Shown: positions 48,100-61,420 of the stretch, one piece after another
How positions within the stretch are numbered: the first letter of the stretch is position 1
Layout: the number at the start of each line of letters is the position of its first letter
Assembly (NCBI GenBank): GCA_043228905.1
Contig: JBHGNT010000009.1
Location: forward strand, 3,906,001-3,970,000
Length of the DNA: 64,000 nt
Reading direction: 5' to 3'
Origin: Azolla caroliniana
Taxonomy: Eukaryota; Plantae; Polypodiophyta
Translations under genes and position numbers: made by a program
Notes under the pieces: generated by a model
What the model saw: only the letters and a program-made list of their open reading frames with translations
Told to the model about the DNA's origin: nothing
Database searches by the model: none

Positions 48100-48765
48100 G
48101 GAAGCTTCAGAGGAAACAGAGAGAGACAGAGGAACAGAGTAATCAAGAATGCTCTATCCCTCTCTCCTCTCTCTCTCTCTCTAAATATATACATAGTAGT
48201 ATAGTAGATATATATATATGTATATATGTAACATATACATATGTATAATAATATATGTGCATATACATACATATATATACATAAATGTATATAATATATA
48301 TACGTATCTATATGCATATGTATGTATCTATGTATCTATGTATGTATATGTGTGTGTGTCTCTATGTGTTTATGTATGTATGTATGTATGTATGTATGTA
48401 TGTATTTATGTATTTATGTATCTATGTATGTATATGTGTGTGTGTCTCTATGTGTTTATGTATGTATGTATGTATGTATGTATGTATGTATGTATGTATG
48501 TATGTATGTATGTATGTATGTATGTATGTATGCTATGTATGTATGTATATTGCAGAGACAGATAGTGTATATGTGTATACAATAACCAAAAAAAAAGAGG
48601 AATAAGTGAGTGAAGTGGGAGTGAAATTCTTCAAAGTGGGAGCTTTGGCACTAACGGAAACCAATTGCTTGGCATCTCAAGGGTCTTTACACACACGCAC
48701 ATGCACACACACACATTTATAGACATATATATATGTACTATGTACATAGTATATGTATATGTACC

Positions 48766-48796
<31 letters not shown>

Positions 48797-49420
48797 GATA
48801 GATAGGATCCCCCCCCCCATCCCAGGTTTCCTGGGGAGAGATGGGACTTGACAACCCCGACACCAACCCCTTATCGTGCCCTCCCTTCTATAGGCGAAAA
48901 CCTTTCTTTCCATACTATGAAAGAGCGACTCCGGGTGTCATTCCTCCCCGCATCAAATAGTGGAGAGTGTGCTACTTCGAGATCCTCCTTCCTGCCTGCT
49001 CACACCACGATGGGAAACACGACCAATCGCTCTCTTTGTTCCACAAAAACGAAAACCCCACTATGTCGAGCTTTTGCTTGATGTAAGGATCTTCCTTATG
49101 ACATTAACAGGAAAAAAAAACACTTCTTTGTATAGTTGAGGTCATTGGTCTCTATTGCAAACCCCTCGGGTTTGGATTCTCAAACATGTACACACACACT
49201 CTCTCTCTCTCTCTCTTGAGTCAATGGCTTCTGATATTAGACATTCATCGACACATTAGGCCTCCTTGTGGTTAGTACCTAGTCTTTCAATGCACGCACA
49301 CCCGAGGTGTTTATACCCCAACATTCACATTTACTTCATTGTTCAACTATGTCTCAAGTCTAGTTTTCTTAGACATTAGGCTCTAGACCTTGAAAGCATA
49401 ATTTATAAAGAGAACCCACA

Positions 49421-49534
49421 TAAATGTACACATTCATAACATGAGAGAATTTGAAATATAAAGGGAAGCCACAACCCCACTTAAATGTACACATTCATAA
49501 CATGAGAGAATTTGAAATATAAAGGGAAGCCACA
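49421..49534. repeat. Two-copy tandem duplication, 61-bp period
   Basis: TAAATGTACACATTCATAACATGAGAGAATTTGAAATATAAAGGGAAGCCACA at 49421 and 49482. Confidence 0.95.
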
Positions 49535-50589
49535 CCAACATGCATGGAAGGTTCTCAAACAGGATTTCTCAAATTGTCCTAAAGTGGTAAAAGAGTACCA
49601 TGAGTATAAGTAGAAGCATCAAACAATTTCATCCACCCTTCCACTAACTCATCGTTGAGTAGTGGCACTATTTCTTGATGGCAACCACCCAAAAATAGTG
49701 CATTAACCGATACTGACAAAGCTTGCCCAAACACGTTATCGGGGGTGAAGTTGTCACAATGGTCAACAGTCAATCTATCATTCGTGGCCAACCTTTTGGA
49801 ATTTTCTTGGTTGTCATAAATTCATATAGTTAATTACAAATTGACACTTTTAGCTAACGACAATCTTCACGTCTAGCCCCATCACTTTATCTTAACGATT
49901 AGCGGTGATACCTATCAACATGTGGTGCAATGGTGTATATCTTAAAATGGCAACTATGGTCTTCTAAGGGTTTTAAAGGTAATGTCAAATATGTTTGTGT
50001 TAAGGTGCATATGAAAATGCACAACATCACCCTTCCAACATAAACACAACACCAAAGTTCATTCACCATGTCAATATCCATCACATATAGAATACATTAT
50101 CAAATTGGTGGAATCAAGAAGGTGATGGGTAACAATCTCATTATAGCAATACCTTGCCCCATAAAAGTTGTCTAGGACAACACTCAACATTGCAAGCATG
50201 AGAAGTAAATTACAATGACCAAAACATTCACCATCTTATGTACTAGAATTTTTATTTTAGAGGTGAGATATACCCATAAAAAAATATGAAGTTGTCTATG
50301 GCACCAAGTTCCTTGCCATGACTACAAGACTTTACAAAACAATTTGGGGTTAATATGGGTTCATTTCACTTAAAGGATTCGTAGAGGTGTTGCTAGTTTG
50401 CAAGGGCAATAACATCGTCAATAGTAGTCTTTAAAGAACAAATTGGAGGACAGTAGATTTAACACAATTCAAGAAGCCAATTTGGGTACCTATTGCATAC
50501 TCATGTACCTGTACCAGATGGATAGCCGCAACGTTATTGCCTTTCCAAGACTAACATGATATCTTTTGCAAAATTGTATTCCATTATTT

Positions 50590-50672
<83 letters not shown>

Positions 50673-53600
50673 ACGCGCCCGTGCATGCCACTAATTTGAC
50701 CATTTATTTAGTTCTCATGCACTCATGATCAAATCACCAACGTAGTTTATTATGCTTGGACTCTAGATTAGTGTAAACAGTTCTCTGTTATTGTGCATCA
50801 TGAACTTTGCATATTACACACTATTCAACACTTGTTGGTTGCAATATTGAAGGTGTGCACTATGGCCTTTCTTACACAGACAATTGTTTAGCCCGGAGAA
50901 GTCACCCTCATTTACGAATGAGCTAATGTTAATGTGTGTTCCTATGTTGCTTGGTTAGGTCCCTCCAATGCATACATTGAAAGGTACTTTCTTCCAATAT
51001 TCTTTCTAGCAGCCATGTTTCAAAGTGTATCATTTCATTAAGGGTTTATTATGTGTAATCAATTGCACTTACCATTGCAAAACATTAAGTTTGAGTAATT
51101 ATAAATACTTACTCAATTGTGCCACAAATGTACACATTAATGAGCATGTAATTCTTGCTTCAACAATGGAATTTGAGGTCTTGATTCGACTTTGCAACCA
51201 TAACATCTCATAAGGTTCCTTACGGCTTTAGTGACATGTGAAAAATGACATGATATTACGCATTCATTATTGCTCTATGAGCTTATAGTAAACCAGGCAT
51301 ATGCCTTATTGACTATTTCCTTCAATTTTTGAAGAGAAAAAATTGGTTGGGTGACTATGCAAGGCAACATAGATTTGATAATGCAAAGCCAACCTAGAGG
51401 ATCTTGTTGATCACAAAAAAAACATGGGTGAGAGCAACATTGCTTATGAATGAGGAAACCCATTATAATAATGATGGTGTGAGCATAGTGCATAGTGCAA
51501 TTATTTAGGCCACTAATAGTACTGAGCACAATGGCTACTAGTGTTCCACATAGGCACATTGCTTTAGCTCAAGAAAGATTAATGTATACTCTTTATTGGA
51601 AAAGTTTGCATGATCAATTGTGTTAATCCCAACAACTAACAAGTTTAGTTAGCTCTATAAAGACATGATATAATAGAACTTCAACCCAATATCTCCTTCG
51701 TGCAAAGCATCTTATTTGTACTCTCAAAAATATTAATGTTTTGTAAGAATCAACAAATTGTCTCATTGGTTGGTAAACATTTTACACAAGGTTTGGACAA
51801 CAATTCAAATATAAATATGCTGAAGTAACTAAGGATAAAAAGCACTCAAAGTGCAACATTTTCTATTTATCTTGGATCACAAGAATAACTTCTTTTCTTG
51901 AAGTTGAAGTACATCATAGAAAAAGCTAAAGAGAGTCCAACGTTATGGAGCACGACGTCTTTAGGAGACAACTAACTGTCTACATGACATTCTCAATTGG
52001 ACAAGGGGTATAAAGAATGTGGACTCCGAGGAATGTGAACAAAGAAGTAGCCTTTGGACCCGCAAGGTCTTCAATGAAAAGCTAGGCAAGTAGAAGTTTC
52101 GAATTCGTTTACTTAACAATGAATGTTAGAAGTGAAGTCAAATTATTTCCCAAACCTTTGAAGGATGGGGAATATGAGTGCTCTCACTAACGTTGTTTGA
52201 GTTGTACTCTATCCATGAGTACGTGGTATACTTTTTGCTCTCATGCATTTCTTGATCTTGGAAATTTTCTCCTAGATCACATTTGTGCTTTGCATTTACG
52301 AAAATATTGACACAATTGTCTGAAAGTGTCACCATTCAGATTTCACTCACAATGTTGATGTATTATTGGGTGTTTAATGTCAAACTACTAGAAATATGAC
52401 GATAACATTTTCTACATGAAACCTTACACATTGGTATTATTAGCCCTTGGACTCCTATCCATGCAGAGCATTTTAGTCAATGTAACATCACATTCATGCT
52501 AAAAACATATTGTAACACACTAAAATGTAATGTCTTCACTCCTCAATAGTGGCATACGATTTCAAACATAACATATTCGTTCATCACTAAACATTGAATG
52601 TCATTTTATATTTTAGGTTTCTTTTAATTGCATAATCTGGTCCAAGGATAACATTTTGAAAGGATAGCATGTACAAAAACCGCAACGCCATAAATGTCAT
52701 TATTTGCATGTAGGGAGATGATCAAAGCTCATCGATCTGGAAGGAGAATAAATGTTTTCGTTAGGGAACAAGAAATTAGAGCATTTAAAGGGCATTTTTT
52801 ACTAGCATCAATATTATTTTCCATTGATAATACAATCAAAGAAGTGTTGTGTAAAGTTGAGATTATATCAAGGTTAGATGTATACAACGTTTATATACTA
52901 TTGAGTTGAGTTGCACACTTTTGCATTGACTAAATGAATGGCAATAGACTGTCCATTTGAAATGATATTATAAATGTATACATAGTTGTCCAAATAATTA
53001 TAACTCGTTTCTCAATTGTTGCAAACTAGAACTCTATATGTATATTATTACAATCTAAAACATTAAACCACATCAATGTCATCAATAATATGATAGCGCA
53101 CACATAAATGGAAGTGGAAAATATGATGGATGTTAAAGCTCCATTTTCATTCAACTTGTTATTGTATGATTGGTAAAATTTATATGGAGTAGTATTTGAA
53201 TTTGCTACATGTATGTACAGCTCTATGAAATCCGTGGTTCTAGTCCAAATCCTAAAGGCTAAACACATCAGATCAATGGATTGTTTATAAGATAAAAGTT
53301 ATTAATGATTGTGGTATAACAAGAAAACTTCATTGCAAATGAGGCTCTCGCTTGGCCACTCATTATTGATTACAAAACAAGTCCATATAGGGAATCACTT
53401 ATGGCACACATGAGTATGAAGGCAACATGACCTACGTGTGAAATATGTAAATGGGACAAAAAACTCTTCATTGGACCAATCAATGTTTGTGTGGTACACT
53501 AGTTTTGCTTATTTTTCTCTACATGAATACAAACTTTTAGCATTTTGGTGACAATCTAATGTTGTGTTCTAGTAATAATCCTATCTTTGTGAAGTCAAGA

Positions 53601-55847
53601 AAGCAAAGTAAATTGTATACTCTCATTGCAAAACCAATCAAGGCCTTATCTCATGCATATGGCTTTAGAGGGCACAAAAAGCCTGTAGAGATTGCAACTA
53701 TATATTTCAAAGTGCGCGAAGCAATCTAGCTTTACATCTACTCTAGAACCTATAGTAGTTTTGGTTCAACATTTGTTGAACGGAGATAAATGGTTTGTAT
53801 TCATACATTCAAAATCTTACAAGAACCAATGCATTCATATACACATTTGTGCATATTTTAATAAGACCACAAACCCTAACCCAAAAACACTTCATTAAAC
53901 CGAAGCAATATCAAAGAGAGAAAATCTACACAACATTTTCAGACTTCAGCACATTCAAGACAATTTATGTATCTAATAAAACAATTATCTTCATGTGAAT
54001 GTATTCTATGGTTTACTCAATGCACAATGTGCACCTAGATTTGCTAGCCAACTTGATCTTTTTGTATATGCTCACATATTTTATATCGAGACTGTAACCC
54101 TCTCTCGCTCTCATATATTTTTGTCCTTCCGATACACTAATAGTTGTTGAGTGATAAGGGGATGTCGTAACAACCGTATTCCACCTTTCCGAGTTAAATT
54201 TTGTTAAATTGTACTATTTAAAGCTAAACGACGTACCAATTAAACAAGTCACATGTATCTTTAATGTATTCCAATAGATTTGCAAAAAGAGCAAAGTTGC
54301 AAAAATTGATTGTTTTTTTTCCCTTTCAAAATAGGCATGGGGTATTAATTTATGTAGATTATACAATCAAACGTGGATTGCCATCAAAATTTTCAATTGA
54401 TCTATGATCATATAGGTAATCGTGTCCTAGTTATTTGGGTATTTATGTATATTTGTGAAAGTTGTCATAAAAGAAGGAATGGCATCCTAAAGTGGCTATG
54501 TATCACGATTCATTACCAACAATATCTTAAAAAGTTAAAACCTTATTCTTATCTTGTATGTGTTTCAACTCTCGCTCGTTTAACTCTTTACACTCTTTGA
54601 AGGTAATTAATCTCGTTACTTTCTATTCAACAAAGTTGTCACCTAAAATGTCCTAGACGTTTGGCGCCATTATTATTGCTTAATAAGTATTACTCCTACC
54701 TAAAAAGCCTAGCATCTTTCAAATTTGTTACAAACTACATGCTAACTACAACCAAGTTGGCTATGTTAAACCCACGTAACTTGTTTGCTAATGAATTGAA
54801 TTGATGGTCACAAATACGATGATGAAACACATTTGTAATTATATATTGGATTGGATTTGCTATTCTATTCTCTTTTTGTATATGATATACTCTTAGTCTT
54901 GAACTTGGCATTTAAATCCATTGATTACAATGGTCATAAAATTTGCCTATCATACAAATTATGATAACATAATTAAATTATATGAATTCGCCCATAATAC
55001 AAGTGAATGCATAATACATACATTGTGTCTAATGTTGGTTAGCAATTGAATATTACATAACAGTACAATAAGTAGTTTAGGTCTTTAGACGTACGATGAA
55101 AACAAATGGTGCAAATGTGTGTACATGTCCACTGTGAAGAGTCAAATTTCCAATAAGGTTTGTGGACTCTAATCAACATCTTTGTTCTGAGGAGACATTA
55201 TTTATTTATAGCCTTGACTATTGTTAGATCTATCTTACGCTCATCATGACTTGATGTTGACTGATGAGACCTTGGTGATGTTAACTCTTGGGGTTCAATA
55301 CACGTGACCACTAATAGTATAATGTTATAAAAAAGACCATTTAGTAGATAAAATTGTCTAGATCTTAGTTAATGTTCAATACAACAAGTTCCCTAAATGA
55401 CCAAGTATATGTTATAAGTAAGTCGTTACATAAATGGAGCCAAGTATTAAATCGACATGCATGTGCTCCACTTGAGTGGCTCTAGAATATTCCATGATAA
55501 GTGAAGGTTGACTTGTACGAAAAGAGGCAAACCCCAATATTATGACAATATATCATGCATATCTAGAGCCAGCGAATATCATACAACCCATGACAATAAA
55601 AATTTTTAGCATAAGCCTAGAAGTTTAGGGCTAGGTCGGCGGAGTAGATAACCCTTTGGGATTGTCCAAAATCAAGTGTGGAAAGAGTGTTGCCGGAGAG
55701 AATGGTGTATGGGACTTTGGAACCAAGATATATAGGAGGTTGATTGTTGCACCGTGCATAAGAGATGATGTGTGTCTGGCCATTTGTGTGAGTGCAAATG
55801 TGTGAGACGGGTATTTCACTCTAAGGAGCCTCTAGTCACAAAGTTTT

Positions 55848-56170
55848 TTATTTTTATTTTTATTTATTTTAATTTTAAAGAAGGCTCACCTTGGTATTAA
55901 TGGAAAGATGCCGAAGGGCTACAACGAATTCATACAATATATTACAACCCTCATATCCACATCAACCAATATGTCAAGTATCAAAAGCCCTCACGTAGGG
56001 TTGTTTCAAGATAGGGGGGGAAGCCATATTGGTGGAGCATATCTCCACTTTCTTCTTTCTCCAAAAGAGGTGAAGAGGGGAAATTGTTGTTGTTTACGAA
56101 TCACAACCTCAGGCTCACCAGCTATTGCATCATATTGACCTCTTAAAGTGTGTAAGAGCATTAACCATAT
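55848..56170 (-). mobile_element. 5'-truncated LINE insertion (ORF2 C-terminus, 3'UTR and A-rich tail)
   Basis: 18-bp TSD CTCTAGTCACAAAGTTTT (55830-55847 and 56171-56188), (TTTA)n tail at the left end, and a minus-strand frame IWLMLLHTLRGQYDAIAG...KWRYAPPIWL* similar to the remnant at 59045. Confidence 0.8.
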
Positions 56171-59044
56171 CTCTAGTCACAAAGTTTTATATAGATAGAT
56201 ATTGTTTTATGGGACAAAGAGTGTGAGAATTGGAGGCAATCTGCTTTGCTTTGCTTGTTAAGCATGGACAACCATAGAACTTGCTCAATGACATTTTCTT
56301 ACTTGATGGTGATGTTGAACTAGAGGTACATGGTTTGAATCCTAATAGTGCCACACAAGGCTTCCCTCTATCATCATCATAACATTCATTGCAATATTGA
56401 AAATACAAAAACTAAGTTTAACTAACAAAACCATGAGATTTCGCAATTTGTAGTATGTTCCTGGAGTACACATATGTCCCTTGAATTTTGTCGCATCTTT
56501 TATCCATGTATTCAAGAACCAACTTGAGAATTATTTTGTGCTTTCTTTTCCATATTCAATGCTACAATACATCAATATTACATACAACTTGAATAGTTGA
56601 CTAACATTGGGTCCTTGAATAATTGTAGTTATATACCCCTTATACCCAAATTGTATTTTATTATAGGTGTGTGTATGTATGGATTTTTCATGCCCAACAA
56701 CATACATAATTACCATGATCTTGAAACATTGCATGTTTTGAAGTGATTGAAATGTCCACAAAAATAGTGTAAGAGGTATTTCTTCGATTTCAGAGTCCTC
56801 AAAAGCTTCCTACATGTTGTGGAACCTCCATCCTACACGATGCAACAATCATGCATTTCTCTTGGGTTCTCAACTTTGGGAATTCACTAGAAATTATGGA
56901 GTAGAAAAGTGAGGCCTAGACAAAACCAATGGTGATTTTTTTCCCCAAAACGAAGCTACTTTCCCATTAGTTAGGAGAGATACAAAACCAATGGTGTTAA
57001 CCATATACATAGCATACACATCCAAAAGAACTCAAAACTTTTCCTAAATCTCATAAGTTTGGCTTATCAAAAGAGCATCCACCAAATCATTATTGCCTAT
57101 ATCTTTAAGAAAATTATCATATTGTCATTACCTTTGCATTCATGATTAGCCTTTGAAGTATATTATGTATCATGGATACTCATAAAGTAAGTTGATACTA
57201 GGAATATGCTTGAGCATATTTCCATGAAATGAGAATAAATGAATAACTTTCTACTTTATAAGTAGAAAAATGCTATCACAACTCTAACTTTCATCTTAGT
57301 GGTTCGTGATGGTGAATATCCCATGCAATATAGTTGTCTTCTTAGCAAATGTATAATTTCTAACACATAGAAAACCAATATTTACACAAGTATCATACAA
57401 GGGAGCGACAAGTGTACATGAATGTGATAGAAGAACTGTGTGCCACTAACGATGATTGTTAAAAGTGGCAAGTCCATAGTGGGCAACAAAGTCATTAGTG
57501 TGACAAGGAAATTTGTTTATAAATTGGAGGAATATATGCATGAGGAAAACTAAAGGTATACACACGAAGATTAAAAGATTATGTGTTCAAACCCTATTTT
57601 GTCAAAGTCACAATTTGGCGAGTTTTTAATTCATGTGTACGAGTTTATTTAAAGTATGGCTTGCGCCTTAGGTATAACCCCGATACACAAATGAAAAAAG
57701 AGAGTAAAAATGATTGTAATAATGGGGAGAAGGTAAAAAACAAAGTGCTACATTGTACAATGTGATGAAGAATATGGTCTGGCTTAAGAAACAATAGTGA
57801 TCAATCAATGTGTGTGTGTGTGCGCGCGCGTAAACATTATTATTATTTGAATTCAAGTAGACTTGTTGTGATTGATCGCAAAATCAAGTAGCAACAACAC
57901 CATAATGTTGTGAAACTACATAATAGATGGAAGTGAGCAAAATGTTATGATATGAAATGGAGCACTCAATAATTTTGAGAGAGAAACCAATATTTATCTA
58001 TTCATTCTTAACACTACACATGTGTAAGTGTTGGTATCAATAATATCTTCCATATGTAATATTGCTAATTGTGTATATTACAAAACCCCACTATCTTGCT
58101 TGATTTATCTCCAAACTCTCGTCTAACATATAATTTATGTTTAAGGTTGCGTTGGTTATATGAACCTTTAATTTGTTGTAAATCTTGACCCACTTATCTA
58201 GATTTTGCTAATCTAGTGATTCCATTACCTTCGCAACCCTAGGCATATCTTAAAGGTTTACACCCTACTTTGGATAGTTCTCTAATCATTAATATTGTGG
58301 AGCTATATTTGTGTTTTAATGTTTGATTTCCAATGTGTTGCAATAAATATATTTTTGTAATTTTGACAATGAAATCAATGAATATCACGTGACTCGAGTT
58401 GGCCTACCAATATCGATTGGAGATTTGGCCAACCAATAAAGAGGTCAATGACATATACAATAATTTTGAGGGTTGTGGCTAGTAGGCTAAAATAAATACA
58501 TATGGCTAAGAGCTATATAGTGCATGGTTATTGGGCATGACACTCCCTCTCCCTATAAGGGGAATCATATTCCTAATGAAACCCATGCTAGCTTCCTTTT
58601 CAATGCCTTCATTACATTAGGTGTCAATTGTAGCCATTATTTTGTCTGATCAAGATTTCAACTAGCAAAGCATCATTGTTCGACAAGACAAGGGTAACAC
58701 CATTTTCTTTTGGTATTCTCTAGTGCATGGTTGAAGATCAACAAATCTCATTGAGCTATTTAACTAAATAGGGACGTGAATGGGTCATTTAAGTAATGCA
58801 CAATTTGAACGGGCATAGCCTCCTTTTGCGTAAAGAAATTGTAGCTTAATATATATAGCGTAGATATGTTGTAGCAAAAAGAGTTGGGAATTATAAGAAA
58901 TTGTGGAAGCAAGTAGATAGTATGAAATAACATCTTTACAAGCAACACGTCTTTTCGTTTCCTTTTGTCTTTGCTTTTCTATCATGTGATTTTCATTTGT
59001 GTTTTTACTCAATTCCTATCCTAAATTGACAACCTTAGCCACTA

Positions 59045-59415
59045 GTGGGTATTTTGAGATTATGTAGAATTGAGTTATCAAAATTCGATCAAATCTTTTG
59101 GATTCTATGGAAACAACGATGTAGACATGTCTTTTCCAACCAAACCGTGCATCCAACAATGTTAATGCAAGAGACATGGAGTGAGGTTATAGCTACTCTA
59201 AAGAGCCAATACGATGGCCTCACGGGCGGATCTGATGGAGTTGAAAGACTGTTCTAACCTTCATCCAACAATGGCCGTCGTCCTCTCCCTTTCTTGAGTC
59301 AGTGGGCATCCACATAAGATAGAACTATCGCATCCCTATAGGGATTAGTATATAACAATCTCATATGTAAAATTTTATAACTAATGGAAGGAGTTTTTTT
59401 GGGGGAAAAAAATAA
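59045..59415 (+). mobile_element. Degraded LINE ORF2 C-terminal remnant
   Basis: WILWKQRCRHVF resembles the W.IW..RN..VF motif of plant L1 ORF2. TWSEVIATLKSQYDGLTG parallels the 55848-56170 element. An A-rich stretch follows at ~59406. Confidence 0.6.
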
Positions 59416-61420
59416 TCAAATCTAACCCAACTTAGCCTTGTGGGTTTCTTTATTTCCCCAATTACCCTTGCTAAAACTCTTTATTTCTTGAAATGCCCAA
59501 CCCCAATAAGTGCATAATTGATCAAAATTGACCCAATTCAATCTGTAAATAATAATATTCCTGAAGGTTATTATTAATTCCCCAAAGCCCTAGCCAAAAC
59601 TTCGTATTTTGGAAATGCCTTCCCTAATCCTGATAAGTACGCAATTTATGTATTAATTGAGTCATTCCATGGTAAAATATCAATTATATGTGCTCTTTGG
59701 AGAAGGAGAACCGGGAAAATAACCAAAAGCTTGACCAAAATCATTCAGGATGTAATCAAAGATGCATGATAACCAAAACTTTAAGTGACCATTTCGGGAA
59801 ATTAAAAAAGAAGTTAGGGGTAGTTTTGGAGGGTTTTTAATTTTTGCTCTGAAAACTATTGTATGGGTACCCATAGTTTATCATAATTAATTACGTTAAT
59901 GGCCTCATGGGGAAGTATGGCCAAGTATGATATAATATATGAGGGCATCTGTGGCAAAAACCCTGGCTTCTCATCACTTTCAATGAAAAATATCAAATCA
60001 ATATGATTGCAACCAACCTCGTGAAATATTTTTTCCTACTTTCCCCCGTTGTTGACTTTGCAATTTGAAAGTTATTTATTCTCTTTGGGAGACTTAGGAA
60101 ATCCAAGAATATATTCAATTACAAGAGAAGGACTACAGCAAGAATCAATGTCCACTACTCTAGGATTCAAAGTTCCAAGAACAACTAGTCGTTTGGACAA
60201 AGATAGTCTATCACTGACCAGATTCTGCTGATGAGATATCACGTTGAAAGATTGGATTAAATGTCATGAAAGTACAATTGAGGGCCACAAGGCATAAGTG
60301 TATGAAAATGGCTCATTAGTTTGTAAGGTCACCTTCAAGGGGGTGTACTTGATTTCAATGAGAAAGAGAACCAAAAGATATCATGAAAGAAAACCACAAG
60401 GCTGAAAGTACAATCAATGATTAAGTGAGATCAGATTGTGAAAAGGCTTAGATTAATGGGTTCACCGTTTCCATTCAATCTATAAAGACACCTTCAAGAG
60501 AGTGTACTCAGCCCTGATGATTGACAAGTAGTGAGCTTTTCTTGTCTCTTTTTTCTTCCTAAATTAACGAGCATGCACTGCACTTTAATGAAATCATAAG
60601 GGCATATATAACTTGTAGAAACCCATGAGTACATTATGCTTTCAATCATCTCAAACCCATGTGTACATTATGTGTTTTAAATTGGACAAAGATAAAATCA
60701 TTACATAGACAGTTTATTACAGAATGATAGCGCTAGCCAACCTACAGATGACCTACATGTGTATAATGTGTAGTTCATATCACATTTTGAACTATACTGC
60801 AATATTCCAAAAGATACCCCAAAATGGTACAGCAGTGCTGCATTGACAGACATCCAATCGTAAAATTACTCGATGATGAGTTTATTCTTTTGAGTTAAAA
60901 AAATATGCATTTGATATGTTGTGGAAGTGTCTTTTTTTAGCTTCAATTCATCTAGTGCAACAAAGACAAATATAATGGAAATAAAACATTAGCTCAATCT
61001 TCACCATCGGAAACTACCCAGTGTCAGCACCAAAGATGGAGCAATTGTACAAAAATGAGGCAACATTAATTGGCTCTGTCATCATGAACACATTTCATCT
61101 CTCAACACCAATCAATGAAGAATTTAACTCTGTTAAAATAAAACCAACAGTGAGTTTGAAGAGATGCTCACAACATAGCTCACGTCCAAATGTAAAAATA
61201 TATTAGTAGGCAATCCTCAGGTGATTGTATGCAACAAACTTCGTCGGCCCCCGACTGTAAGTCATTCATTAGTTCATATCTATCCTATACTTGGAAACAG
61301 TTCAATTGCTTTTAAACCCTAAACCATCATGAACCTTCCAAATCTTTGGTAATAGTTTTCAAATGCGCCAGTTATGGCATAATCAAATCTGGCATAGGAA
61401 CATTCAACATCCAGATGTAG

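Noticed and set aside
48218-48605. MYVC-repeat ORFs
   Set aside because: Translation of the (TATG)n microsatellite.
49579-55600. Short ORFs across the gene-poor interval
   Set aside because: None resembles a protein family I recognise and no spliceable exon series was found. Probably decayed repeats, but a BLASTX could still reveal relics.
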